Positions 55,663 to 64,000 of a stretch of DNA of 64,000 nt are shown here, in pieces. Made by a program: the position numbers and the translations under genes. The notes below the pieces were generated by a model. The model worked only from the letters and a program-made list of their open reading frames with translations, searched no databases and had not been told where the DNA came from. Numbering within the stretch: the first letter of the stretch is position 1; each line of letters begins with the position of its first letter. Source of the DNA: Candidatus Saccharimonadota bacterium (GTDB taxonomy: Bacteria > Patescibacteriota > Saccharimonadia > Saccharimonadales > Saccharimonadaceae); NCBI GenBank assembly GCA_013333495.2, contig JABCOR020000006.1, positions 11,021 through 75,020 of the forward strand, written 5' to 3'.

Positions 55663-56555
55663 TAGAGATCAATGCGCCGGCTAATTGGTGTTGTAGGTCG
55701 AGTGTTATGGCGGCGCTGCACAGTGTGATGACGCTCGCGTGGCGCAAGAAGGTCGGTCACTTGTGTCATCGATGGGCCGCTCGTTCGTCGCGTAACTGTT
55801 TTTTGCGACCGGAGTGGTTTTTGCGGCTGTTTGTGGTGCATGGTAGGTTTATTCTGCACGCTTGATTTAGTTTTATTGACGATAGCCAGGCGCGATACAG
55901 AACCTGCTACTGTTGGCCGAATGACCTGGGGTGCCATAGCTAACCCGCTAGCTCGAGTGGCCGGTTTGGCTGGTGGACGGGTTGGTTTTTTAGTAGATTT
56001 GTCGGTGCGCTCTGGGGCTGCTTTCACATTTTGTAGTTTTTGCAGCACCTTATGAGATTGGGTGGTAAACGTATGTTTGCCACTAATTACCGTACATACC
56101 TCGTTATTCCGTGGCGGTGAAAATACCGATTCTCGATAAGCTGCAAGCACTGTATAATTCGCAAACGTTTTTGCAAGTTCTCGCTGTCGATACTGCCGGG
56201 TTGGTTTGTCTGTTTGCACCCATACAAGCAAAGGACGATAGCCGTTGCTGCGGGCTAGTTTAATAAGATTCGCGCGTTCATTCGGGCGGTCTGCTCCGCC
56301 TTCAAAGATAAGTGTTTTTTGGGTTTTCATCATTTCGCCAAGATATAGAGCCACGCCTGTATGCAGTTCTTGCAGCAGTGCTGAATCTTGCGATGTATGA
56401 GTTGGCAGCCGCAAGAAAAGCTCATCTACATCGATAAATGGCATTGTGAATTGACGAGCAAACTGACGAGCAAAGTGAGTTTTACCGGCACCAGGCAGGC
56501 CGATAACAATAATAAGATATGGTGTAGTGGCTGCAGGGGTTGCCGAATTATTCAT
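55662..56555 (-). CDS. P-loop kinase-like ATPase with a long basic disordered C-terminal tail
   Basis: Walker A GLPGAGKTHFA. The C-terminal ~130 aa are rich in Lys/Arg/Pro/Thr. TAATG one-base stop/start overlap with the downstream gene. Confidence 0.7.
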   Translation of the reverse strand: MNNSATPAATTPYLIIVIGLPGAGKTHFARQFARQFTMPFIDVDELFLRLPTHTSQDSALLQELHTGVALYLGEMMKTQKTLIFEGGADRPNERANLIKLARSNGYRPLLVWVQTDKPTRQYRQRELAKTFANYTVLAAYRESVFSPPRNNEVCTVISGKHTFTTQSHKVLQKLQNVKAAPERTDKSTKKPTRPPAKPATRASGLAMAPQVIRPTVAGSVSRLAIVNKTKSSVQNKPTMHHKQPQKPLRSQKTVTRRTSGPSMTQVTDLLAPRERHHTVQRRHNTRPTTPISRRIDL

Positions 56556-56632
56556 ATGTGTAGTATAGCAAAAAAATAAGTTTACAAACAAGCAATGACG
56601 CCCCAGTAGTGGAGCGTCGTAGACTATTATAG

Positions 56633-58384
56633 TTATTTAATGTGGAGTTCTCGCCAAAACACGTGGCAATTAGCGTCTGATCCGCTACCGAAACGATAGT
56701 ATGTTGGCCGTGGATTGCCAAGCTCTAGTTTTTTGAGCGAGTCTTGACCTGTAACATCCTGGTCATTATAGCTAATTTTTTCTGGTCGGTTTTTTCTGTT
56801 ATAGGTAATTTGCAGCTGATTGTCATTTTTCCCGCAAGTGTCTGGTGTTTTTATTGCCACCTGTTTAGCACTGTCTAAGATAACGGTGCCTTGACCTTTC
56901 CCCGTGATGCCAATATTTTCAACGTAGCCCTCAATCGTAAGTTTGCCGCGTTGGGTGTCACTCACATCTGCTTCGATTCCAGTCATTCCCGTAGCTCGCA
57001 TTGTCAGTAGCCCTTCATGTTTAAGCGCTACGTTCATCGTGCGCCCTTCGGTGGCTCCGGCGGTGTAGTACCCGCCAGAAATATTATCCCACGTGAGCGA
57101 CGAAAGCTTTGGCCCGTAAATTGTAGCACTCACTTCTTCTTCACAAGTATCACCAGCAAACAGGTCGTTACAGACGCCATCATAAGCCAGTGCCAGGTGT
57201 GCTCCGTCTTCTTCTGCTGAAGCTGTAGCGGTTAGCGTTTTTTGACCACGAAGTGAGGTTATTTCTATATATGGCTCTTTGCTAGCCTCCACTTCCTTGT
57301 AGCCAACGTGAGCTATCCGTTTTCCGTTTTGGCCGGTAACAGTGAGTGATTTTGCGTCTGCTAATCCAGCCAATTGCACTGTTGTTTGCTCTTTAGTTTG
57401 CTCGACAGCGTGGCGGCGCTCTGTATTAATAGTGTGTGTCATAACCAGTACCAGCGAGGTGATCGCTGCAAAGATAATGCCACTAGCGACTAAACAGGCG
57501 ATGATAGTATTGCGCATCCCCTTTGGAAGCTTGCCTCTTTGCAGTGCAATTATGCCAAGTACCGCACTAATGAATAGACAAATAGCAAGACAAACACCGA
57601 GAATCACCGACACAATGGCAAAGCCATGATATGCAGTAGGTATCTCTGCAAGGAGGTTACCGTGGGCTAGCGCAATCAAGACATTAGCTGTTGATGATGC
57701 GATAGTGACGAGGGCACCGAGTAAAATAACGATACCAATGATTCGCAAGATTAGTATACCTAGCGGCGTGGTGACCGGCTTAAACGCCTCGCGTTGTAAA
57801 TTAGCGCGGGTAAGTGGAAGCCCCTTCATTGCCAGGCGGTCGGCGGTACTTTTAGTTGGAGGAATAACGGCAGCTAGTATGATATACTCTGGCAGTAATA
57901 GTCCCATACTAACAACAGAAGCAAGAACCACTAAAATACGCAAAAGTGTGAGCGGAATATTATAGCGGGCGCTGATGCCGGCTAAGACACCAGACAGCAC
58001 TGCATTATTGGTATCGCGCATGAGCCTGCGGCCGCTGTCGGTGAGAGCAAAGCGATGCCTGACATTACCCCAAAACCCAAGTGGTTTGTGTGAATCTTGA
58101 CTACGCCTCGCTTGAGCCTCTTCGTCGATACTACTATAAAAGACGCTTGGACTACCTAGCTGCTGCATGATTGCGTTAACGTCGCGCTGAATAATAACCT
58201 GTTCTTTGTGAACGCCATGCTCATGTAAGATCTCAATAATGCGCAGTTCGATTTCCATCATGTCATCTTCAGTGCCACCGAGGGCTGCTTGTACGTCTTC
58301 GAGATAGTCTGCTAATTGGCGTCTGGCCTCTGGTTCAATCATGAACGGAGTACGGGCGAGGTGGATATTGGTAAATTCTTTCAT
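56633..58384 (-). CDS. PspC-domain membrane protein with an N-terminal helical sensor module and a beta-rich C-terminal domain
   Basis: PspC block LMRDTNNAVLSGVLAGISARYNIPLTLLRILVV, several TM helices. Immediately downstream of the PadR gene. Confidence 0.7.
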   Translation of the reverse strand: MKEFTNIHLARTPFMIEPEARRQLADYLEDVQAALGGTEDDMMEIELRIIEILHEHGVHKEQVIIQRDVNAIMQQLGSPSVFYSSIDEEAQARRSQDSHKPLGFWGNVRHRFALTDSGRRLMRDTNNAVLSGVLAGISARYNIPLTLLRILVVLASVVSMGLLLPEYIILAAVIPPTKSTADRLAMKGLPLTRANLQREAFKPVTTPLGILILRIIGIVILLGALVTIASSTANVLIALAHGNLLAEIPTAYHGFAIVSVILGVCLAICLFISAVLGIIALQRGKLPKGMRNTIIACLVASGIIFAAITSLVLVMTHTINTERRHAVEQTKEQTTVQLAGLADAKSLTVTGQNGKRIAHVGYKEVEASKEPYIEITSLRGQKTLTATASAEEDGAHLALAYDGVCNDLFAGDTCEEEVSATIYGPKLSSLTWDNISGGYYTAGATEGRTMNVALKHEGLLTMRATGMTGIEADVSDTQRGKLTIEGYVENIGITGKGQGTVILDSAKQVAIKTPDTCGKNDNQLQITYNRKNRPEKISYNDQDVTGQDSLKKLELGNPRPTYYRFGSGSDANCHVFWRELHIK

Positions 58385-58398
58385 AACGTCAGGTCTCC

Positions 58399-58734
58399 TT
58401 ATAGCTTAGCCAGAGCTTTGCTTAGTGCGGTAATATTATCAGATAGTAGTGCAATAACTTCATCCCCATATTCGGTGCGGTGATAGTATTTACGTGGTGG
58501 TCCTTGTGCGCTCTCGCGCCATTCGTGCACGAGAAGCCCGTCGCGCAGCAGGCGAGCCAGTAGCGGGTAGATAGTTCCCTCTACTACCACCAGTTCGGCG
58601 TCCTTGAGCGCTGTGATAATTTCACTGGTGTAGTGCGGACTACTGCAAATCTTTAATACACAAAACGCCAAATATCCCTTGCGGAGTTGCACGGCGAGAT
58701 TGTTGGCGTAGTCTTGGCTGCTTCGCTGCTTCAT
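58399..58734 (-). CDS. PadR-family transcriptional regulator
   Basis: Winged helix with YPLLARLLRDGLL..W......PPRKYY signature. Confidence 0.88.
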   Translation of the reverse strand: MKQRSSQDYANNLAVQLRKGYLAFCVLKICSSPHYTSEIITALKDAELVVVEGTIYPLLARLLRDGLLVHEWRESAQGPPRKYYHRTEYGDEVIALLSDNITALSKALAKL

Positions 58735-58857
58735 AGTTTTATGCTATGCAAAGTAGCTCGTAAAGTCAAGTAAAATATGATGTAACTAGTGCTATAGCTG
58801 CCGGCGCAGGCAAAAGAAAAGACCCCGTAGTATTTTGCTACGGGGTCCCTGTAGGCG

Positions 58858-59520
58858 TTAAGACTGATCATAGAGATCGTAAAGGATTTCCTTCGTGCCA
58901 TTGAACCCATTATTCAGCAAGTCCACGAGGGACTGCTTGGCGTAATATGGTGCTTTAGCAAAGAAGTAGACGATAATCTTATTGCTACACAATGTAGAAC
59001 AGATAATAGCGAACTCGCGTATCGTCACAATGCTTCGATATGTATCATCGTCATCTATCAGGTGTGATGGTACAATAGGTCGCTCAGTGTGGCTTTTTCC
59101 CCTATAGGTAAGTCGACGAAGGAGCTGGTAATAGGCATCCTTAGACGTATCATAGCCAGTAGTGAACCTGCTTAATTGAGCAGGTTCTTTGCGAACTACT
59201 TCTTGATCATCACCGTCATGGAGGATGACATTAATAGGGTTTGCAAAGGCGTCTTGAATTTTACCCCTCAGTACTGTTACTGCAGCTGGATCATCATAAG
59301 CTGCCGCATAGTAGTCTGCTAGGCCTATAAGCGGTAGATAATACCATGGCTCTGGGCTCGTAAGTAGCTTGAGATCTATGAGATTACACACTGAGACAGT
59401 GTCTTTATCATACCAGCCAGTGATCAGATTGGCGAGCAGAACATCTTTTGCTGTAGCATCCCCGTTGCCTGGAAATATCTTTTCTTCCGATGCAAACTGG
59501 CCGCTGTATCGAGTTGACAT
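58858..59520 (-). CDS. hypothetical protein (220 aa)
   Basis: Trimmed to MSTRYSGQ with AAAGGATG RBS. AT-rich. No domain recognised. Confidence 0.55.
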   Translation of the reverse strand: MSTRYSGQFASEEKIFPGNGDATAKDVLLANLITGWYDKDTVSVCNLIDLKLLTSPEPWYYLPLIGLADYYAAAYDDPAAVTVLRGKIQDAFANPINVILHDGDDQEVVRKEPAQLSRFTTGYDTSKDAYYQLLRRLTYRGKSHTERPIVPSHLIDDDDTYRSIVTIREFAIICSTLCSNKIIVYFFAKAPYYAKQSLVDLLNNGFNGTKEILYDLYDQS

Positions 59521-59654
59521 GAAAATCACATCCTTTGTACTTGTAAATGTACAACGCATACAGGGGTCCACTCTGGATGAGCGAACCGACTAACCTGGAT
59601 GCGCTCGAATCCTTGTGGATCTACTGTAATTATACCATGTAACATGTAGTTTGA

Positions 59655-59693
59655 AAAATAAAATATCACCCTGCCAGGCCGGCAGGGTGATAT
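59655..59693 (-). terminator. Intrinsic terminator of the 48-aa ORF
   Basis: ATATCACCCTGCC-AGGCC-GGCAGGGTGATAT followed on the minus strand by a T-rich tract. Confidence 0.75.
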
Positions 59694-59710
59694 GACATGG
59701 GGGATAGAAG

Positions 59711-59857
59711 CTAGCGGGGACGCACCACCATAAAGGTGAGAGCGACAAGTGCACAGCCGGCTATGATCGATATGATAGCGGTCATGCGATTGGGGTAGTA
59801 ATCTACCGTCTGTACGTTGTCGTGTGCTGCAGCTTCAATTGATTTCTTGGCTGTCAT
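59711..59857 (-). CDS. candidate 48-aa single-pass membrane micro-protein
   Basis: Not in the track. MTAKKSIEAAAHDNVQTVDYYPNRMTAIISIIAGCALVALTFMVVRPR. Followed by a strong terminator. Confidence 0.45.
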   Translation of the reverse strand: MTAKKSIEAAAHDNVQTVDYYPNRMTAIISIIAGCALVALTFMVVRPR

Positions 59858-59925
59858 GTAGCAAGTATATACCCATGTTTATAAAAAGAAAACCCCCAAG
59901 ATATAAGGGGTATATTGTGCAAATT

Positions 59926-60000
59926 TGGCAGGGGCATGAGGAATCGAACCTCAATCTACGGTTTTGGAGACCGCTATACTAGCCGTTGTACTATGCCCCT
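59926..60000 (-). tRNA. tRNA-Trp (anticodon CCA), CCA encoded
   Basis: Acceptor AGGGGCA/TGCCCCT, anticodon loop CTCCAAA, T-arm TGAGG-TTCGATT-CCTCA, then G-CCA. Terminator ACCCC...GGGGT plus T-tract at 59889-59912. Confidence 0.9.
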
Positions 60001-60043
60001 AAAAACAATCCAATTATAGCATGATATCAGGCGGCTGCCAAGC

Positions 60044-60991
60044 TTATTTTTCGTCGCTACGAACTCGCACTGCTCGGCGGAATTTGCGCTCGCTGGCAGG
60101 ATCGGTGAAGCGGAACATTGGCTCGTAGGTGAACAACTTTGGCTCGCCCTCCGCCCTATTGTCATCAAATGAAGTAATAGCACCAATAAGAAACTTATTC
60201 ATGAGCCACTCTCGGCCCGGCGTCATTTGGCCGCGCACGCTAATGCGGTATAAGTTATCGCCCCACTTCTCTTCTTCGACAAAGGCGATTGGCTTGGCGA
60301 GTAGTGTTGGGCCGACAGGAATGGCCTGAATAATCTTGCGGAGCTCTGCGCGCCCTCGCTCTAGGTCTGACATGAATACATCCACGGTAATCGTGTGTAC
60401 GCCACGCGGTGTAACACGCACTGCTGATATGTATTGATTGTGCACCCAAATAACCTCTCCGGTTAGGCTACGGATTTTTGTTGAGCGCAGTGTGAAGCGT
60501 TCCACCACCCCTCGTACATCGTTCATCGGGCGCAGTTCTATGAAATCACCCACGTTAAACCACCCCTCGGCAATCATCAGTGTGCCTGCGGTAACATCAC
60601 GCAGCACCGAAGCGATAGCTTGCCCGGCAAACACCACAAAAAAGGTTCCGGCTCCGATAGCAGCGAGACCGCCACTTGGCTTATCTGTCGGTGAGATAAT
60701 GCGAAAGCCAATATAAATAGCAATGCCAGTCACGACTGCACGTAGCAGCGCAGTAAAGATACTCAGATAGGTTTCGATCTGGCGGTAACGAATGCGCCAG
60801 TCTTCATTGGTAGAGTTGTCTGACTTGCGGGCCACTTGCCTAGCGATAAAGATAACGCCAGCAGCCAAGTATTTGCCGATAAAGTACGCGATGATGGCCA
60901 GGATGATAAGACTAAGGATATTTTTCAGAGAGTTGTCTTGGCCGGCAAATGTTTTAACGTCGTTAATAATTGTTTCGAGCCATATATTCAT
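60044..60991 (-). CDS. MscS-family mechanosensitive channel
   Basis: Three TM helices, then FNVGDFIEL...GVVERFTLRSTKIRSLTGEVIWVHN beta-domain signature. Trimmed to MNIWLE. Confidence 0.8.
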   Translation of the reverse strand: MNIWLETIINDVKTFAGQDNSLKNILSLIILAIIAYFIGKYLAAGVIFIARQVARKSDNSTNEDWRIRYRQIETYLSIFTALLRAVVTGIAIYIGFRIISPTDKPSGGLAAIGAGTFFVVFAGQAIASVLRDVTAGTLMIAEGWFNVGDFIELRPMNDVRGVVERFTLRSTKIRSLTGEVIWVHNQYISAVRVTPRGVHTITVDVFMSDLERGRAELRKIIQAIPVGPTLLAKPIAFVEEEKWGDNLYRISVRGQMTPGREWLMNKFLIGAITSFDDNRAEGEPKLFTYEPMFRFTDPASERKFRRAVRVRSDEK

Positions 60992-61135
60992 GCGTGGTAT
61001 TGTAACGAAAAAACAGAGGTAAGTCGAGGGTAAAACTACCAACATTTTTGACCAGAATATATTACGGTTTTTGGCGATACCTGGCCGGGTGTGTTACACT
61101 AAGCATAAGTAGCTTTTTAGGTGGGAAAGAAGAGA

Positions 61136-63190
61136 ATGAAGATTTTAATGCTCGGGTGGGAGCTCTCGCCCTATTATAGCGGCGGCTTAGGTGTTGCCTG
61201 CTATCAAATAGCACAGGCACTCGCGCAAAGTGGAGTGGAGATTGACTATATTGTTCCGTTTGCGTACGAGCAGGAGCAGGCACCGTTTATGCGGGTGATT
61301 TCTGCAACAAAACTAAGCCCAACGGCTGACCGCATGGCTGAAATGAGCGGTTATGCCTCGTTTAGCACCTCGCAGCAGCCAGGGGTGACGCGAGAGCAGA
61401 CGGCTCCTTTTCGCGCTTCCCTTACCTCGGGTCGACGGGTGGCGCCGAGTGCGGCAGTTATTGAACCGCTCAGGCGTGGTGCTGCCACCAAGCTAGATAC
61501 GCCACCAAGTAGTGGTGAGCCAGTTTCACTAGCGCTATATGGAGCATACGGCTCGATAGGTAGTTATCATTCTCGGCAGTATGGCCATGAAAAACATTAC
61601 TCTTCGGCTCGGGCAGCTTCTGGCCGCGCGGTGCACAGTGCCTACAGCCAGGTATCGCCTTCTTTGCGGCAGCTGCAGCGGCAGTATACACGTTTTGTCG
61701 CTGATTTTGCTCAGCAGCATAGTCATAATGGCTACGATATTATTTATGCTCACGACTGGCTAACTTTTGAAGCAGCACAAGCGGCGCGCCGTTGGTTAAA
61801 AGTGCCGGTGGTAGCGCATGTTCACTCAACGGAATTTGATAGGGCTGGCGGTAAAACTGGTAATAAGCTTGTGCATACGATTGAAAAAAATGGCTTGCGT
61901 GGTGCCAGCAGTATTATTGCAGTTAGCCAAAATACCAAGCAAATACTGATGGAGCGATACCAATTACCAGCGCAGCGAATTACAGTTATTCATAATGGTG
62001 TAGATGTACGTACGGTATTACGCCAGTATACGGAGAAGAGTGTAAAACCCAGCCTAGTGTCGTCTCAGGCGGAGACTTCCCCCGTCGCTGAAGGTTCTGT
62101 ATCTTCTGCTGCCTACGTGGTGGCAAGGCCTGTAGCCTCAAAGAAGCGTATGGCTACGCATCGGCCAGATTATGCATTGATCGGCGCCATTACTCTTGCA
62201 GTGAGGCGGTCATTGCAGCAGCCGTCAACAGAATTAAAGCGTATACGCCCAGTTCAAGAAAGCAAAGAAGTAGTGCAACAAAATGAACGCAGCTCTGTGA
62301 TTGCTCAGAACTATGCTATGACGCAGCGTCCGGAGCAGAGGTCTACGGCCTTTGCTTCCCTTCAGGAACAACGCCCAAGAGAATCTGCAATAGTCGCACC
62401 TCCTCAGGCGAAGACGCCTTTGGTCGCCCCACCTACTAAGGCAGTGGCTCGTCAGGCTCCAAAAGCGGTGGCTATACAACCGCGGACTACTAATAATCGT
62501 TCAAACTCGTGGCATAAGCGTTCATCCGAACCACCACGTACTGAGCCTATATCACCCGCTCCTGTGCCACAAAAAAGGATGTATCCAGTGCTAGATTTTT
62601 ATCGCAAGCAAGGTGTAACTATCGTTGGCACAATGGCGCGCTTTACCCCACAAAAAGGGCTGGTGTATTTACTGGAAGCAGCTAGCGAAGTACTGCAAAA
62701 AAATGATTCAGTATTATTTGTACTGGCGGGTGATGGCGAGCAAAAAGAAGAACTCGTGCGGCTTGCAGCTCGATATGGCATTGCGCACCGGGTGCTATTC
62801 CCTGGCTTTGTACGCGGGATAGCCTGGCAAGAGCTGTACAAGCAGTTTGATATATTCGTAATGAGCTCTGTTAATGAACCATTTGGACTGACGGCATTAG
62901 AGGCTGTTCATTATAACTGTGCGACGATTATTACAAAGCAGTCCGGCGTATCTGAAGTGCTTACTGCCGCGCCACAATATGACTATTGGGACACTGGCCG
63001 ATTAGCGGAGCTACTACTGGAGTATATTGCTGATCCACAGCTACGCACAGAGGCCATAGTGCAGCTAAAGCAGCAGTATACGTCGGCGCAATGGGGGTCT
63101 GCCGCAAAGCAGTACTTGCAATTATTTGCAAATACTACCCAATCAACACCTCGACTATCATCAGTTAGGACCGAGAGGAGCCGCGTATGA
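61136..63190 (+). CDS. GT-B glycosyltransferase (glycogen/starch-synthase-like, GT4/GT5) with two long low-complexity insertions
   Basis: N-terminal KILMLGWELSPYYSGGLGVA and C-terminal EPFGLTALEA (E-x7-E). Trimmed to the ATG at 61136. Confidence 0.75.
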   Translation: MKILMLGWELSPYYSGGLGVACYQIAQALAQSGVEIDYIVPFAYEQEQAPFMRVISATKLSPTADRMAEMSGYASFSTSQQPGVTREQTAPFRASLTSGRRVAPSAAVIEPLRRGAATKLDTPPSSGEPVSLALYGAYGSIGSYHSRQYGHEKHYSSARAASGRAVHSAYSQVSPSLRQLQRQYTRFVADFAQQHSHNGYDIIYAHDWLTFEAAQAARRWLKVPVVAHVHSTEFDRAGGKTGNKLVHTIEKNGLRGASSIIAVSQNTKQILMERYQLPAQRITVIHNGVDVRTVLRQYTEKSVKPSLVSSQAETSPVAEGSVSSAAYVVARPVASKKRMATHRPDYALIGAITLAVRRSLQQPSTELKRIRPVQESKEVVQQNERSSVIAQNYAMTQRPEQRSTAFASLQEQRPRESAIVAPPQAKTPLVAPPTKAVARQAPKAVAIQPRTTNNRSNSWHKRSSEPPRTEPISPAPVPQKRMYPVLDFYRKQGVTIVGTMARFTPQKGLVYLLEAASEVLQKNDSVLFVLAGDGEQKEELVRLAARYGIAHRVLFPGFVRGIAWQELYKQFDIFVMSSVNEPFGLTALEAVHYNCATIITKQSGVSEVLTAAPQYDYWDTGRLAELLLEYIADPQLRTEAIVQLKQQYTSAQWGSAAKQYLQLFANTTQSTPRLSSVRTERSRV

Positions 63191-64000
63191 ACCAAAAAGC
63201 GGTAAGTTTGTATATTCGGCTGCATTGTCCATGGGTGCTTGGCCCGTATAGCATTGCTGATATCGGAGTTCGGCACCAGTATGCTGGTGCGGAATTGGCA
63301 AGCGGCTCTCTAGACGAGGGAAAGTCATTTTTCCTTGAGGTCGCTCAGCACGTGTATGCTCCGCTGTTTGCCGTGCTTGACAGGGTTATTGCTGCCCAGC
63401 CAACGCTACAGATAACTTTTAGCGTTAGCGGTCCTTTTTTGCAGCAAGCTTTACGCTGGGACCAGTCTATTATTGATAAAATTCGGGCGTATGTTGCGTC
63501 AGGACATGCGATTATAACTGCCGAAGCCGATGCTCATTCACTCGCTTTCTTTTATGACCGTGCAGAATTTGTAATGCAGGTTGCTAAGCACGAGCAGCAT
63601 ATTGCTCAGTATTTCAACGCTCAGCCGCGAGTGTTTCAGGTTGCAGAACTTGCGTATGATGATCAACTGGCTGCCTGGGCAGATGCAGCTGGGTATAGCA
63701 TTATACTAGCGGATCAATACCAACGGGTAGATCCACGTTTTTTGCATCGACCGGCTCGCACTCAGGCAGTGCGGCTTCTCATGCGTGATCGCCAAGCAAG
63801 CCAGCAGCTAATGGCGCGCATCAGTGGTTCTGCCAGTGGCGTATCTGGCATGGAATTTGCGGCCCAGTACGCAAACTCATTTAATCCGCAGCAGCAAGTA
63901 TCAGGCCTTTTCATTGATGCTATTTCCCTGCAGGAAACAGATAGCCAGCCAAATTGGCGATTTTTAGCAGAGTTTTTGGCAGCTTGGCCAAGCTATGGAA
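63187..64000 (+). CDS. GH57-like alpha-glucan-active enzyme, partial (runs off the window)
   Basis: Open frame from the ATG at 63187 (ATGA overlap with the GT stop) to the window end. The N-terminal LYIRLHCPWV resembles the GH57 LHaHlPyV start. Assignment is tentative. Confidence 0.45.
   Translation, partial: MNQKAVSLYIRLHCPWVLGPYSIADIGVRHQYAGAELASGSLDEGKSFFLEVAQHVYAPLFAVLDRVIAAQPTLQITFSVSGPFLQQALRWDQSIIDKIRAYVASGHAIITAEADAHSLAFFYDRAEFVMQVAKHEQHIAQYFNAQPRVFQVAELAYDDQLAAWADAAGYSIILADQYQRVDPRFLHRPARTQAVRLLMRDRQASQQLMARISGSASGVSGMEFAAQYANSFNPQQQVSGLFIDAISLQETDSQPNWRFLAEFLAAWPSYG

Overview
The window looks like part of a small, gene-dense bacterial chromosome using the standard genetic code. TGA is used as a stop, for example in the ATGA overlaps at 2950 and 63187. 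The gene content suggests a Patescibacteria/Saccharibacteria-like (CPR) genome: short F1Fo delta subunit, r-proteins with extensions, GH57 plus glycogen-synthase-like pair, many orphan ORFs. That placement is inference only.

Core content:
- A complete atpZ-BEFHAGDC operon (2705-9242).
- dus, a UvrD/PcrA-like helicase fused to a PD-(D/E)xK nuclease, an rlmD-like methyltransferase, tRNA-Gln(CUG), greA, and an OmpR/histidine-kinase pair.
- An ABC-2 exporter, tgt, an AI-2E permease, cysS, an NrnA-like DHH phosphoesterase, recR, ybaB, a GT-C-like membrane protein, dnaB and dnaX.
- A split secE-nusG-rplK / rplA-rplJ-rplL cluster, interrupted by eno, a 2-hydroxyacid-dehydrogenase::phosphoglycerate-mutase fusion and an RsmB-like methyltransferase.
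- A YgjP-like metallopeptidase, a P-loop kinase, a PadR/PspC pair, tRNA-Trp(CCA), an MscS-like channel, a glycogen-synthase-like GT and a partial GH57-like gene.

Three accessory stretches stand out:
1. 10.4-15.7 kb is gene-poor. It holds small membrane ORFs, several orphan terminators, nested inverted repeats, and two tandem modular cassettes. The cassettes share a promoter, a 24-nt leader box and a 115-nt 3' element but carry unrelated ORFs.
2. 21.1-27.8 kb is an island of seven (plus one micro-) mostly separately promoted and terminated orphan genes. It abuts the 3' end of tRNA-Gln and has palindromes at the mRNA 5' ends.
3. 30.6-32.8 kb holds a divergent pair of orphan genes.

At the left edge, two unrelated genes carry a duplicated, hairpin-forming 5' leader.

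I saw no rRNA, CRISPR array, transposase or integrase. Functions for the accessory elements cannot be assigned from sequence alone. The cassette array and the tRNA-Gln island are my best candidates for something undescribed.
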